Assembly: GCA_040954595.2 (NCBI GenBank)
Contig: CM082598.2
Span: 5,037,097-5,101,096, forward strand
DNA length: 64,000 nt
DNA from: Balanoglossus misakiensis
Lineage: Eukaryota; Animalia; Hemichordata
Direction of reading: 5' to 3'
Shown here: one piece after another, positions 61,762 to 64,000 of the stretch
Position numbering within the stretch: the stretch's first letter is position 1
How the letters are laid out: the number at the start of each line of letters is the position of its first letter
Notes under the pieces: generated by a model
What the model saw: the letters and a program-made list of their open reading frames with translations, nothing else
What the model was told of the DNA's origin: nothing
Database searches by the model: none
Made by a program: the position numbers and the translations under genes

Positions 61762-63670
61762 AATAGACAGACACACAGTCAGAGACGTATACAGGGCACG
61801 GATGCTGATTGACCACCTAAGTTCTCACTAGTATACATACATATACCAAAGGCAGTGGATGGACATGCATACCGATAGATAGGTGTCTTAATAGAGGAAG
61901 AGACACCCACAGATTTGTATCACACACAACATGCATGATTGGAGCTAAAGGGTAGCTTGATGCCTTCAACACTGAAGTATTTGCAGTGGATTTGAAAACG
62001 AAATCATCCACTGTAATGTGACGACTGTGAGGCAACGTGAATAGAATCAAGAACACAGACCAGCTGTTCAGTCGCTGATCAGCACACATGTATACAATTA
62101 GTTGTATTCATCGATCATTCATCAAATTATCTGCAAAGGCGAGGAGGAATTCCCAACGGATAGAAACTAAATGTATTTTTTTCTCCAATGGCAGAAAGAT
62201 GTGTTTATTGTTAAAATTCCACTTAAATCAAGGAGAGGAGAGAATACGCTTGTAAAACAATTGATATCCGATTTTATTCAAGTCATGATATCCTAAAGCA
62301 ATATTGCCTTCAAACACTTAGCGAATACAGCAAAACCAGTTACAATGCTTCGGCAAACCATCGCCATTATTCCGGTTGTCATCACTGCCAATACTAAACA
62401 TCCTAGCCAAAATTCAAGTTCAGCTTTACTACTTCAGATCAAGCACTCAGTTGAGTGGGAAAAGTCCAAATTTTCGGTTTTAAATACACAAGAAGGAAAA
62501 TCAACAAATAAATAACCTGTGTTCAAATTCTCTTTTCTGTTTGTGTAAACTTATATGAACACAACTCCGCCAGAAACAATGCGGATAAGTAGTGGTTACA
62601 CATTGTCAGAGATCCATCTAAGGCCAACAGCGCCCTCACATTAACTGACGCAAACTGGACACGACAAAGTAATGCACTGCCATAGGAGTACATTATTGAA
62701 ATGGCAATTTTTGGCACAAAAATTAACATTGCACTAAGAATGGCCGCATTTTTGGTTTTAGTTTTCAACCAAGTTCAAAACAAGGGGGAAATTAACCATT
62801 GAACGAAGCTATTACCTTTAAATGGGCGGCAACAGCAGCCTTTCGCCGCAGACGAGCAATTAGGCAAATTTCTGGACGTTTCATTATGCATTCACACGCG
62901 CATGCGTGCTTGTCCTTCACTGCGTTTAAATCATTAAAAACGTGCACGCTACAAGAACTCCCATTTGCAGTACATGTTTTTTGACTTCATTTGAACCAAG
63001 TTGCGAAATAAATTATCTTCATGTCTACGTCTTTTTCAAAGTCAAGCAGGAACAGTTTGCTCTGATTACAGAGCGTTTCAAAGGTCGATTCTGCGACACA
63101 AAATTCAAGTGACTCAACACAATTAACGACTCTAAAAACTATTTCAGGCGTATTCATGATGGGTTCTGGTAATGCCCAACAATGGTAAAATACCTTGCCT
63201 CAAAACTGTTGTTGTGAACTCGACTCTAAGATAACACAATTTCAGTCACTTTCAAAAGATGGATTTTGGAAATACCCTACAGTGATAAAATGACTGGCCC
63301 CTAAAGACTTATTTCAGTACTGCTGTGCTGAACTCGGAACGCAATCGTTTCGCTTGTGTCTACTACATCACAGTCCTCTATCATAGGACTGTAACTACAC
63401 GTAGTATAATGTAATCTTTCCGATACCGCCCTCCGCGGTAGTAGTGGGCACTTCTTTTATTTCAGGTCGCGGGTCGATCGCGATCTTCATTCCGAGCGGC
63501 AGAAGCAAAGCATTGTGGACGTTTGACAGCTGTACTATCATTTCAGTGTCCAGCCTCACAGAAACGTGTTTTAAATAAAATGTGAACCCCCCACTGCATG
63601 TGGTCGCTTCAGATTATGCAGGTGGCAAATTCATATATTTATACTATAATATAACTAAACCCAGTTCATC

Positions 63671-64000
63671 TCAGACACTGGATTCGTTAAAATTCGTCGC
63701 GCAGTACATTTGGTCTCTTAGTGCGAATTCTTCCTTGATTTCAGCTTTCGAATATGCATAATCGTTCGAGATATCGCCGTTTGATATCGAAATGTTGCAC
63801 TTTTTGAGTTCATCTTCATCGTCAACAGAATCATCGTCATCGTCACCACCATCATTGTCGCCATCATCTTCGGTTTGGTCTTTTATCGATTTCTTCGTTT
63901 TGGTTGGCTCCCTGGGCACTAGTTTGATCTGCAAGGTGTACTTGGACCACACCTTTCTGTAGAAGACGGCTAGCGGCACGGCGATCAGCACGAAGAGCGA
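63671..64000 (-). CDS. SLC10: SLC10 family symporter, paralogue C, last exon (partial; gene extends beyond the right edge)
   Basis: SLFVLIAVPLAVFYRKVWSKYTLQIKLVPREPTK closely matches the paralogue B C-terminus SLFTLTVVPMAVSYQKVWSKYKLQIRLVPREPSE. Confidence 0.85.
   Translation of the reverse strand, partial: SLFVLIAVPLAVFYRKVWSKYTLQIKLVPREPTKTKKSIKDQTEDDGDNDGGDDDDDSVDDEDELKKCNISISNGDISNDYAYSKAEIKEEFALRDQMYCATNFNESSV

Overview
Intron-rich, AT-rich animal genomic DNA. The gene content (F-type lectin/pentraxin fusion, SLC10 expansion, TTAA-MITE load) suggests an invertebrate deuterostome, possibly a hemichordate; this is inference only. Spliced genes reconstructed by hand from GT/AG boundaries: (1) the 5' end of acetyl-CoA carboxylase (minus), with several candidate alternative first coding exons feeding the AMPK-site exon; (2) complete ACTR6/ARP6 (plus, 9 exons, 394 aa), head-to-head with ACC; (3) complete DEPDC7/DEPDC4-like gene (minus, 9 exons, 547 aa), tail-to-tail with ARP6 as ACTR6-DEPDC4 is in human; (4) two convergent unrecognised 108-aa genes, a CxH...CxxC zinc-ribbon-like protein and a tyrosine-rich single-pass adaptor-like protein; (5) three SLC10 Na+/bile-acid symporter paralogues, two complete and one partial; (6) a 918-aa secreted lectin, signal-PTX-hevein-like-PTX-hevein-like-PTX-Pro/Thr stalk-F-type lectin, built from phase-1 exons by recent internal duplication. 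Non-genic DNA holds a 3.7-kb tandem Helentron/HINE-like array, many MITEs (Kolobok-, piggyBac-, pogo-, Academ-like), a SINE fragment, a long hairpin element and microsatellites. No rRNA, tRNA or CRISPR array was seen.
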